Assembly: GCA_017396005.1 (NCBI GenBank)
Contig: JAFQNG010000005.1
Coordinates: 8,807 to 72,806 of the forward strand
Length of the DNA stretch: 64,000 bases
Direction of reading: 5' to 3'
Origin: Desulfovibrio sp.
GTDB taxonomy: Bacteria > Desulfobacterota > Desulfovibrionia > Desulfovibrionales > Desulfovibrionaceae
Positions 10,433 to 18,700 of the stretch are shown here, piece after piece. Below the pieces are notes generated by a model. The model saw only the letters and a program-made list of their open reading frames with translations, was not told where the DNA came from and did not search any database. Made by a program: the position numbers and the translations under genes. Every line of letters starts with the position of its first letter. Within the stretch, counting starts at the first letter, position 1.

Positions 10433-11500
10433 TCATACAGACGCTGCTGCAAGCTCCGGTTGTGGCAGACTCTCTATCACCATCAGCTTTTGTCGTGTCT
10501 TGACGTGCTGATAGTGCCGAAGGACCATCATAGGGCTTTTATGCCCCATGAGAGCAGCAACTGTTCCGTAATCTGCTCCTGCAGCTATTGCCTCTGTGGC
10601 AAAGGCATGCCGCAGGTCATATGGTCTCAGATAGCGCTTTATACCAGCTCGTTGCAACGTTTCTTTCCAAGCCTTTCGAATGGATCGGATGGGCTTTCCT
10701 TTGTATGTGACTACATACTCGGACGCACAGGCCTTATCCTCAGCTTTCCAGTTCTCGATCAGCGCCATTAAGGACTGCTTGATGGGAACCTCACGCCAGG
10801 GATCAGTATTGCCCTTTTTCGCGTTTGGAACGCGTATGACACGACTAGGGATGTCAATGTCGCTCCACCGCAGACGAAACAACTCACATGGTCCAACTCG
10901 CATACCGAACATGAAACCCAGAATAATGACTCTCCTCAGATGGGGGAGGGCAACCCTGTATAAGGCTGCAACTTCATCAGGAGAGGGGGGTACATTGCGC
11001 GCTGTCTCAATTTTCGGCATCACAGGAAACAACGGTACGCTTTTGATGTAGTTGTTCCGCAGTGCCCAGTTGAGAACAGCCTTGACAATCCCCATCTTTC
11101 TGCTGATGGTTCCCCCTTTGAGGCCTGCGGCCGACAGGGTCTTGAGCATGTCTGCCAATACCTCTCTGTCTACCTGTTCTATTTCTGTATCACCGTAGTT
11201 GCTCAGGATGCTCTGCATGGCACTCAGTGTTCTGCCCAGGCAATCCTGCTCAAAGTTCCGGTCACGCAGGTACAGGTAGAATACGGTTTCGAGGGTCTGC
11301 ACATGGCTGAGTGCCAGGTCTTCGACTTCCTCTCGCCTGAAGGCTTCTCGTTCGTAAGTGAGCTGATACTTGACGAAGGCATCCAGTTTTTCCGCCTCCG
11401 CCAAAGTCGCTAATGCTTTACTCTCCAGTTTGCTGGTAAATGGGTTCCTCCAATAGACCAAGAAGGGCTTTTTACGCCCTTTCCGTTCTCGAATAGCCAT
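10433..11500 (-). CDS. Tyrosine recombinase/integrase
   Basis: Likely start MAIRERKGRKK (GAGG upstream); GMRVGPCEL, YDLRHAFAT, LMGH, LRHY catalytic motifs. Confidence 0.95.
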   Translation of the reverse strand: MAIRERKGRKKPFLVYWRNPFTSKLESKALATLAEAEKLDAFVKYQLTYEREAFRREEVEDLALSHVQTLETVFYLYLRDRNFEQDCLGRTLSAMQSILSNYGDTEIEQVDREVLADMLKTLSAAGLKGGTISRKMGIVKAVLNWALRNNYIKSVPLFPVMPKIETARNVPPSPDEVAALYRVALPHLRRVIILGFMFGMRVGPCELFRLRWSDIDIPSRVIRVPNAKKGNTDPWREVPIKQSLMALIENWKAEDKACASEYVVTYKGKPIRSIRKAWKETLQRAGIKRYLRPYDLRHAFATEAIAAGADYGTVAALMGHKSPMMVLRHYQHVKTRQKLMVIESLPQPELAAASV

Positions 11501-11507
11501 ACACACC

Positions 11508-11870
11508 TCAGCGTGGGCTTTGCCCGTTGAACTCAGCCCAGAGATTCGCAGCCGACTTGCCCCGTAACGGATGAAAGGCACGGGACTGCCGCAGGGCCTG
11601 TTTCTTCTGGGACTGCGCCTCAGCGTGTAGTATATCTGCAACCTCGATAACAGCACTGGTTCGCCAGCGCAAGCCGTTTCCTCTTCCCCTTCCCATGTCG
11701 ATGGGGTTCACGCCGTGTTCTGCCAGGAGCTGACGTGCTCTGCTCTCGCTTACGTTCAAAACGCGCGCGATGTCCTGACGCTTTAGCAGCGCTGTACCGA
11801 GATAGAGTTCTTCGTGTGAGCACTTGTGATTGCTCTTGGCCTCTGAAGCCGGTATGGAAGACACGTTCAT
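11508..11870 (-). CDS. Excisionase-like HTH DNA-binding protein
   Basis: LLKRQDIARVLNVSESRARQLL..G......LRW; immediately upstream of integrase. Confidence 0.7.
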   Translation of the reverse strand: MNVSSIPASEAKSNHKCSHEELYLGTALLKRQDIARVLNVSESRARQLLAEHGVNPIDMGRGRGNGLRWRTSAVIEVADILHAEAQSQKKQALRQSRAFHPLRGKSAANLWAEFNGQSPR

Positions 11871-12029
11871 CTGTTTTGTCCTGTGGGCTTGATGGCAGGA
11901 CAAATATGCCGTTCATGACAAGTAATGATGCCTCTAAATGGGGACGACACTAATAAAAGGGCACCTGGTTGTGCCTAATATGGAGGTAGCCCGCCCCGGG
12001 GTTAGGAGCGGACTCCTGTTCCTAATCGG

Positions 12030-13199
12030 CTAGCTCACAAGAGCGTAGTATTCAGGAAAGTTGCCGTCCCTTTCCTGACGTTCACGCTTGATATGCCCAC
12101 TGTCTTCCAATTCCAGCAGTGCCTTGTTGAGCTTCTTCGCAGGGAACGTCGCCGACAAGGCACGAAGGAGGTCATTGAGGGTTTGCGGCCCGTTACTGGT
12201 CAGGTAACTTCTAATCAAGCTCTCAGGGCTCACACGCGCAGGTGACTCCATGTATGCACGTATCGTATCCCTGGTTGACAGAACCAGATTGATACCAGCC
12301 TCAATGGCATCTCCATCTATCTCAGTCAGCCTTCTGAGCATTGCCAAAACCAGAGCAATCTTGAGCACATGCATGGGGAAACGTACAGTCATATCGCGCA
12401 TGACCTCGCTGTACTCTTCTCTTTCTGATTCCAGCTGCGCCGTAAAGGCCTCATATTTCGTCAGAGCGTCTGCATTCAGCTTTACCGCTCGCATGGAGCT
12501 GGCATGAATCAGACTGGCCTCTAGCTCCTGTGATACATGTTGCAGGTCTTCCGTGCTCAGGGTTGGGAAGGAGCGATATGCCGATGGCATGGTGAGCCAC
12601 AGCATCCTGTTTGCACATCCACCAGACACGAGGGCAGGACGCAAGCTGCTTCTGAGGGCAGCGGGCGTGATATGCCCCACAAAGCCGTAGTGAATAAGAG
12701 GATACTCTATCCTCTGCCTGCCGAGGGTTTCCGAGATTTCACTTCCGTCAACCAGCTTACACAGAAACTCAGGTAACTTGGACTGGTAAACCGATGCAGC
12801 AGACTTCAGCTCCCCGGAAAACTCCTCGTTTACATGGTACACACGAACTTCACCCTCTGCAGCCAAAGCAGGTGCTGAGAGGATGCTGTCAATTTCACGG
12901 GCTAAAGCCTTCATCGACCCAGCGCTGGTCGTCGTGCTCTCTGGTGCCAGCAGACCAGAAGGCACCGAAGCAAACAGGCTCTTCGTGAAACGGAGTGCGG
13001 TCCCTTTCCCGCATCCAGAGTTGCCTACAGCTACCATGCAGAGATTGCCATAGGTTGGCACTGCGCCTGCTACGAACGGTCTATGCCCCATTGCTGCGCC
13101 AAAGCATGCCAGAAGGTGGATACCCGCAGCATACTTCTGCTCGGCAGTCATGTTGGCATTGGCGAAGATACCATCGATAGCACTGTTCAAATTGGTCAT
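12030..13199 (-). CDS. DUF3987-like P-loop ATPase/helicase with C-terminal winged-helix-like region
   Basis: GNSGCGKGT Walker A, VNEEF Walker-B-like, GHITP, GCANRMLW, LNKALLELEDSGHI. Confidence 0.65.
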   Translation of the reverse strand: MTNLNSAIDGIFANANMTAEQKYAAGIHLLACFGAAMGHRPFVAGAVPTYGNLCMVAVGNSGCGKGTALRFTKSLFASVPSGLLAPESTTTSAGSMKALAREIDSILSAPALAAEGEVRVYHVNEEFSGELKSAASVYQSKLPEFLCKLVDGSEISETLGRQRIEYPLIHYGFVGHITPAALRSSLRPALVSGGCANRMLWLTMPSAYRSFPTLSTEDLQHVSQELEASLIHASSMRAVKLNADALTKYEAFTAQLESEREEYSEVMRDMTVRFPMHVLKIALVLAMLRRLTEIDGDAIEAGINLVLSTRDTIRAYMESPARVSPESLIRSYLTSNGPQTLNDLLRALSATFPAKKLNKALLELEDSGHIKRERQERDGNFPEYYALVS

Positions 13200-13706
13200 T
13201 TTTATTCCTTTTGTTCAGGGCCGACTCCCTGTCGGCGCAGGGGCGCACAAATAGCGCCATGCAAAAATAGCTTTGCATAATGCAAGATCCCAAATGAGGA
13301 ATAAAATGGTATCGGGTGTTACCTTCACGCTATTCCATTGAAATAACCTCCGTTTGCGGCTGGTATCTGCACAAAGCGTGCCACGAAAAAAATCATAAAA
13401 AATGAGTAATTTCAGTAAGTTGATTATTTGTATCATAAAAATTTTTGTATTACAAAAAAGCAATATCATATGTAAAAAAATTTGCTTTTGATCTAATACG
13501 CCAGAATTATTGAATAAAAACGAAAACTTTCAAATTTTCAAGGTTCAAGAAATTTTACTCATGTATGCAACTTGTTATTCTATATTCTTATCAATTATCT
13601 GTGAATGTTTTTAATGCTTGACATGGCAAATGTCAAGGAAAATTTGCGAATTTTTAATTTTTATATAGAAATATATATAGTCATACCTATGTAAAGGAGG
13701 TTATAT

Positions 13707-15152
13707 ATGATTTTACACCTACTCAAAGCCGGATTTCCCTGTGTTCTTCTCCAAACTTTGGAACCTCACAGAACAGAGGATGAAATCAAAAAGATACCCG
13801 GTTGGCGGATTGCCAGATGGGATTGTCTTCAGGGCATACGTTCTTTCCCCCCGCAGTCTTCTCTTCATGAGGACATGCAGAATCCCGTTGATGCGGTGAA
13901 CTGGCTCACGTCCGCCAAGGACACTGTTCTCGTATGTCATGGACTGGTATCGTATCTCGATGACCCGATGGTCAGCCAATCCATACTCAACGCTATCCCT
14001 CGCTATAAGGGATGCGGCAATTGTCTTGTACTTATCTCTCCCACACCAACCTTGCCGTTACCGCTACAACCGTTCTTCCACCTCGTGGAAGTGAAACTGC
14101 CGGAGGAAGAGGCGTTATACCGCCTGCAAACCGATCTTGGTGAAACCCACAACATTCGGCCAAACCGAAAAGCCGCAAGGCTGGCAACTGGATTGACCGA
14201 ATTTCAGGCGGAGACCGCCTACTCACTGAGCCTGACAACAAAAGGCTACTTCAGTTCCCGAAGCGTTACTGAGGCCAAGGCCCAGATGATTAAAAAGTCT
14301 GGCCTGCTGGAAATCTTTCCTGCTGCGGATATTGCTGATGTCGGTGGCCTTGCTCCACTCAAGGAGTATGTGCTTAACCGAGCTCAGGCATATCGCCCTG
14401 ATTCAGCGCTTCCCAAACCCAAGGGGATTTTGCTGGTCGGCGTTCCCGGCACAGGCAAAAGCAAAACTGCCTGCGCCATCGCAACCATGCTCAAGTTCCC
14501 ACTGATTCGCCTGGACATAGGCGCATTGAAAAACGCGCTTGTAGGCGAATCAGAAAGGCGGATGCGCGAAGCCACTAAAATCATAGACGCTTTTGGAAAT
14601 TGCGTCCTGTTTCTGGACGAACTGGAGAAAATGTTCTCCGGTACGAAAAACGGCCTTAATGATTCGGGAACCACAATGGGAATGTTCTCCCATTTCCTGA
14701 CATGGGCCAGTGACCAGAAAACAGCCTTCATCGTTGCCACAGCCAATAACATCAAGGAGTTGCCACCGGAATTTCTCCGAGCTGGCCGCTTTGACGCTAT
14801 CTGGTTTGTGGACTTGCCTTCCCGTATCGAACGTACGGAAATCATAAAAATCATGAACCGCAAGTACGGTACGTCCATGCCTGAAGCATGGGCAGACGAA
14901 CTGACTGGCTATACCGGCTCTGAAATCGAACAGATTCTGCGTGATTCCCTGTTCGATGGCCTTGATGCCGCACGGCGTTCCCTTATCCCGCTTTCACGAA
15001 CCATGAAGGAGGATATCGAACAGCTGCGACAATGGGCTCGCTCCAGAGCCAGAATTGCCAACACGCCTGAAGAGGAATCCAGCGAGATTCGCAAGATTCG
15101 GCGTACTCCGAAACTTAAAAGCATGTCGGCCCCGTCCGAAACCGTCCATTAG
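13707..15152 (+). CDS. Ycf46-like AAA+ ATPase
   Basis: DVGGLAPLK, PKGILLVGVPGTGKS, LFLDELEK, ATANN..LPPEFLRAGRFD, LRQWARSRA. Confidence 0.88.
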   Translation: MILHLLKAGFPCVLLQTLEPHRTEDEIKKIPGWRIARWDCLQGIRSFPPQSSLHEDMQNPVDAVNWLTSAKDTVLVCHGLVSYLDDPMVSQSILNAIPRYKGCGNCLVLISPTPTLPLPLQPFFHLVEVKLPEEEALYRLQTDLGETHNIRPNRKAARLATGLTEFQAETAYSLSLTTKGYFSSRSVTEAKAQMIKKSGLLEIFPAADIADVGGLAPLKEYVLNRAQAYRPDSALPKPKGILLVGVPGTGKSKTACAIATMLKFPLIRLDIGALKNALVGESERRMREATKIIDAFGNCVLFLDELEKMFSGTKNGLNDSGTTMGMFSHFLTWASDQKTAFIVATANNIKELPPEFLRAGRFDAIWFVDLPSRIERTEIIKIMNRKYGTSMPEAWADELTGYTGSEIEQILRDSLFDGLDAARRSLIPLSRTMKEDIEQLRQWARSRARIANTPEEESSEIRKIRRTPKLKSMSAPSETVH

Positions 15153-15160
15153 GAGGAAGT

Positions 15161-15583
15161 ATGTCACACGTCTCGCATATCCAGCTAATGATATTTGACC
15201 TTGCCGCCATCAGGCGCGCTTGTTCCCGCATGGGACTGGAGTTTGTTGAAAACCAGAAGACGTATGCGTGGTACGGTACACTGGTAGAGCCGGACAAATA
15301 TCCACTGCCCGAAGGCATCACGACAGAGCAGCTTGGCCACTGTGACCATGCCATCAAGATTCCCGGTGCACGTTATGAAATCGGCGTTCTCAAGCACAAC
15401 GGAAGCTACATGCTGGTCTGTGACTTCTGGGACTCCTCACTCAAACGGGCCATTGGTGAAAACGGCGGTCTGCTCAAGCAGGCCTATGGCGTGGAAGTTA
15501 TCAAGGAAGCTGCACGCAAAAAACGATTCTCCTATTCCGAAAAGCAGGTGAACAGCGGCATCGAAATAACCATAACCCTGTAG
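15161..15583 (+). CDS. DUF1257 (Ycf35)-like protein
   Basis: MSHVSHI..., YEIGV, LVCDFW, LKQAYGVE; typical position after Ycf46. Confidence 0.75.
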   Translation: MSHVSHIQLMIFDLAAIRRACSRMGLEFVENQKTYAWYGTLVEPDKYPLPEGITTEQLGHCDHAIKIPGARYEIGVLKHNGSYMLVCDFWDSSLKRAIGENGGLLKQAYGVEVIKEAARKKRFSYSEKQVNSGIEITITL

Positions 15584-15592
15584 GAGTTGATC

Positions 15593-15790
15593 ATGCGAAT
15601 TGTTCAAATCACTGTTACCGCTGATGGCAGGGTGGAAATGTCCACCTATGGCTTTCCCGGCAAATCCTGCGTAGAGGCAACCAAATTCATGAAAGACCTG
15701 CTGGGCGAGGAGACCTTCATCAAGATGAAGCCCACTGCCTTTGTCCCGTATGTGGAAAAGCAGCTCATGCTCACCAGCCGAAACGGTTAG
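15593..15790 (+). CDS. DUF2997-like small protein
   Basis: ITVTADGRVEMSTYGFPGKSCVEAT..LLG. Confidence 0.75.
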   Translation: MRIVQITVTADGRVEMSTYGFPGKSCVEATKFMKDLLGEETFIKMKPTAFVPYVEKQLMLTSRNG

Positions 15791-15800
15791 GAGAATGGTC

Positions 15801-16685
15801 ATGGCTACCGCTGAAAACATGTTTCGTGAAGCGGCATTGCTCCAACTGACCGCAACATGCTGGCAGGTGGATAAAAAATTGCCGCAGGCTCTGCTTGCTG
15901 ACGTGGGTAATGTGGAATTTCTGCGCGGTCGCAAACTCTTGCTGCCGCCAGATTCCCTTGCCCGTATCAAACAGGTCATCGGCAAAGCGAGGAACTATCT
16001 TCGTAAGATAGCTCTGCCATTCCCCATCATCGGCTGTGTTCTGGTATCCAGAAAGCTCATTCCCGAAGTTCAGGAAACCCTGAAAAAGCTGGAATGGGAA
16101 TACAACAGTATGGTTGAGGACTTTGTACGCTGGTATCCTGAAACGGTTCAGGAGGCTCGCGCATCACTGGGCGAGCTGTTCAACGAATGTGATTACCCGC
16201 CACGGGAGCAAATCGAAAAACGTTTCCGCTTCCACTGGCGGTACATCGTTATTGGCCCTTCGGTTTCACGGGTGCTGCCCCCATCCATGTATAAGGAAGA
16301 GGTGCAGAAGTTTCAGAGCCTGATGGAACAGGCCAGACAGGAAGCCATAGCCGCACTGCGTGGTGAGTTTGTCAATCTGGTGGACAACCTGACTGACAAA
16401 CTGCGCGGCAGTGATGATGGTAAGCCGAAAAAATTGCGTGAAGCCGCTGTGGAAAATCTCAGGTGGTTTCTCGACAACTTCAGCAATCGCAATCTCTTTG
16501 AGGATGAGCAGCTCTCTGAACTTGTGGAGCGTTGTCGAAGTGTCATATCCGATACCAGAGCCAGCACCATCAGAACCAACAGCCTGGTAAAAGAAAATCT
16601 GCATAACCAGATGCTGGAACTTCTTGATGCGGTGGATGCCTCGTTTGAGGATTTACCCCGCCGCAAACTGCGACTGGCTGCGTAA
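15801..16685 (+). CDS. DUF3150-like protein
   Basis: GRKLLLP, ALPFPIIGCVLV, FVRWYP, DYPPREQIEKRFRF, helical C-terminus. Confidence 0.55.
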   Translation: MATAENMFREAALLQLTATCWQVDKKLPQALLADVGNVEFLRGRKLLLPPDSLARIKQVIGKARNYLRKIALPFPIIGCVLVSRKLIPEVQETLKKLEWEYNSMVEDFVRWYPETVQEARASLGELFNECDYPPREQIEKRFRFHWRYIVIGPSVSRVLPPSMYKEEVQKFQSLMEQARQEAIAALRGEFVNLVDNLTDKLRGSDDGKPKKLREAAVENLRWFLDNFSNRNLFEDEQLSELVERCRSVISDTRASTIRTNSLVKENLHNQMLELLDAVDASFEDLPRRKLRLAA

Positions 16686-16759
16686 AAAAACCGCATACCT
16701 GCTGTCATCTAAACGGTGGTGGCAGGGTCTTCCTCTGTCACCATCGTAAAGGAGGAAGA

Positions 16760-17539
16760 ATGGAACCTCTGCTGCTGTCCAAGTCACGATTGAACGTCTA
16801 CTGCCAGTGCCCCGAGAAGTATCGTCTCTCCTATGTAGAGAAGGTCGTCCCCGATAAAACGCCCATACCGTTGATTGAAGGTTTGGCCCTGCACCACATT
16901 GTGGAAAACTGCCTTGTCTACGGCACCAAGGTGCCTGACCTTGCTGCTGAAGTTTCCAGAGAGTTCTGGCAGGCCAGAAGCTGGGAGCAGACCGAATACG
17001 CTGATGAGACAGCCTTCACCAAAGCGCAGGAACATATCCTGCATGAAGCCACAACCTTCGTTGCAATGATCGGCGAGCTGCAGACACACGAGATGGAAAC
17101 CTACATGGAACATCCGCTGGTGCATCCGCAAACCGGTGAAGTTGACGAAAGCATCATCCTGCGGGGGTATGCAGACATCATCGACACTGACCCGCAGGGC
17201 AGGATTCGCGTCATAGACATCAAAACGTCTGCCAGGTCTCCCAACACAGAACAGGCCAATCGCGCTATGGAGCTGACCGTATATGCCTATCTCATGGCCT
17301 GTACGTTCGGTTTCCATATCGAGTTACCAGTAAGTCTGCTCTATCTGGTTCGCTCAAGACAGGCCAAAGTAGTATGGCTGGACTCTCAGCGCAGCATACC
17401 AGACTTCGTGAAGCTCCACGAAAGTATTATCAGCATCAGCCGTGCTATACGGCAGGGGCTGTTCTGGAAAAATCAGGGCATGCACTGCACATGGTGCGTC
17501 CATCAGGATATATGCTTTGCTGCGTCACTGGCCGCATAG
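16760..17539 (+). CDS. PD-(D/E)XK nuclease, RecB/Cas4-like with probable Fe-S staple
   Basis: LSKSRLNVYCQCP, GLALH, GYADII, IDIKT, LTVYAY, CTWC....IC. Confidence 0.88.
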   Translation: MEPLLLSKSRLNVYCQCPEKYRLSYVEKVVPDKTPIPLIEGLALHHIVENCLVYGTKVPDLAAEVSREFWQARSWEQTEYADETAFTKAQEHILHEATTFVAMIGELQTHEMETYMEHPLVHPQTGEVDESIILRGYADIIDTDPQGRIRVIDIKTSARSPNTEQANRAMELTVYAYLMACTFGFHIELPVSLLYLVRSRQAKVVWLDSQRSIPDFVKLHESIISISRAIRQGLFWKNQGMHCTWCVHQDICFAASLAA

Positions 17540-17547
17540 GAGAAGTT

Positions 17548-18249
17548 ATGGACTACGCCTTCTGCTCAACGGACATAACCGAGCTTTCCAAGGCTATGAT
17601 AGAGGTGCAGAAGAATCTGCTGCCAGCCTTCAGGGATGCCGTGAACCCCTATGTGCATAACAGGTATGCCACACTGAACAGCGTTATGGATGCCTGTCGC
17701 AACGCCCTCTTGGAACAGGGCATACTGCTCACTCAGTATCCTGTACCTGTGGATGGAGACTGCCTTGGTCTTGTCACCAAGTTTGTCCATGCCGAGACAG
17801 GGCAGTATCAGGCATCGCTGGCTGTCATCCCGCTGGCGAAACGTGACCCGCAGGCAATGGGCAGTGCCTTTACCTATGGCAGGCGCTATGCACTGTCTGC
17901 CATGCTGGGCATCGTGCCTGAAGTGGATGACGATGCCAATGCCGCTTGTGGCTATTCGCAGGCAGCGAACCGACAAAAACAGGTGCGTACCCCTGCTGAA
18001 CAAAAGCAGGTATCCACCGCCGCAAAATCTCCGTCCACAAGACGGACACCACTGAGCACCATGCTCGCAGACTTGGGATTGTCAGAGCTGAAGCCCCAAT
18101 ACGGCGCATACCTGCGTAATCAGTACGCCTGTTCCCCTGACAAGCTCAACGCTGCACAGTATCAGGAACAGAAAGCCATACTGGAGCGCTGTAAAACTGA
18201 ACCTCTTGCAAAGCGAGACCTTATACGCACCTTGCATGAGTACAGGTAA
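17548..18249 (+). CDS. ERF-family single-strand annealing protein
   Basis: NPYVHNRYATL, PQAMGSAFTYGRRYALSAMLGI..DDDAN. Confidence 0.9.
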   Translation: MDYAFCSTDITELSKAMIEVQKNLLPAFRDAVNPYVHNRYATLNSVMDACRNALLEQGILLTQYPVPVDGDCLGLVTKFVHAETGQYQASLAVIPLAKRDPQAMGSAFTYGRRYALSAMLGIVPEVDDDANAACGYSQAANRQKQVRTPAEQKQVSTAAKSPSTRRTPLSTMLADLGLSELKPQYGAYLRNQYACSPDKLNAAQYQEQKAILERCKTEPLAKRDLIRTLHEYR

Positions 18250-18267
18250 GGAGAGAAAAGTACAAGA

Positions 18268-18295
18268 ACCCCGGATAATTCTATCTGGGGTTTTG
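18268..18295 (+). terminator. Probable intrinsic terminator after ERF gene
   Basis: AACCCCGGATA-loop-TATCTGGGGTTTT. Confidence 0.6.
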
Positions 18296-18531
18296 CATTG
18301 TTTTTGTTCTTCCATTGCGAGTATTACATAGCACACGCCAGCGCCCAGGCAAGGGGCAAAGAGCAAATCTCTGCTTCTCAGTCAGCGCAGAGCTGGGTTA
18401 AAAATTTTGTTCTTTTGCCCCCTATATGCGGGCAATGGTCTGGCCCATAGCCTTCCGCAGGTTCGCCAATCTGTTGTTTTTATTGGACTTATCAGGGCTC
18501 AAAAAAAGTAAAAAAATTTGGCCTGAAAAGC

Positions 18532-18561
18532 TTGAAAAAGAAAAAAAAAAAAAAATAGGTT
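18532..18561 (+). promoter_or_regulatory. Porin promoter with A15 tract in spacer
   Basis: TTGAAA (18532-37) + AAG + A15 (18541-55) + TAGGTT (18556-61); 18-nt spacer. Confidence 0.7.
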
Positions 18562-18700
18562 AGGGGTGCGTGGAAAAATCGTCTCTTACCTGACCCACTG
18601 GGGGTCAGGGTTCTTTACCCTTCAGGCGGTTTTTCCCCGCCCATGGCAACGCAGCGCCTCTCTGGAGGAGGGCGCAGCACAAATAAGGAAGGTTTTCGCA

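Noticed and set aside
16760-17539. Cas4-like nuclease suggesting CRISPR-Cas
   Set aside because: No repeat-spacer array or other cas genes seen; ERF neighbour points to recombination
18566-18700. N-terminal extension of the porin (and similar extensions for int, ERF, leuB, leuC, psd, fliW) in the ORF track
   Set aside because: RBS and signal or family motifs support downstream ATGs
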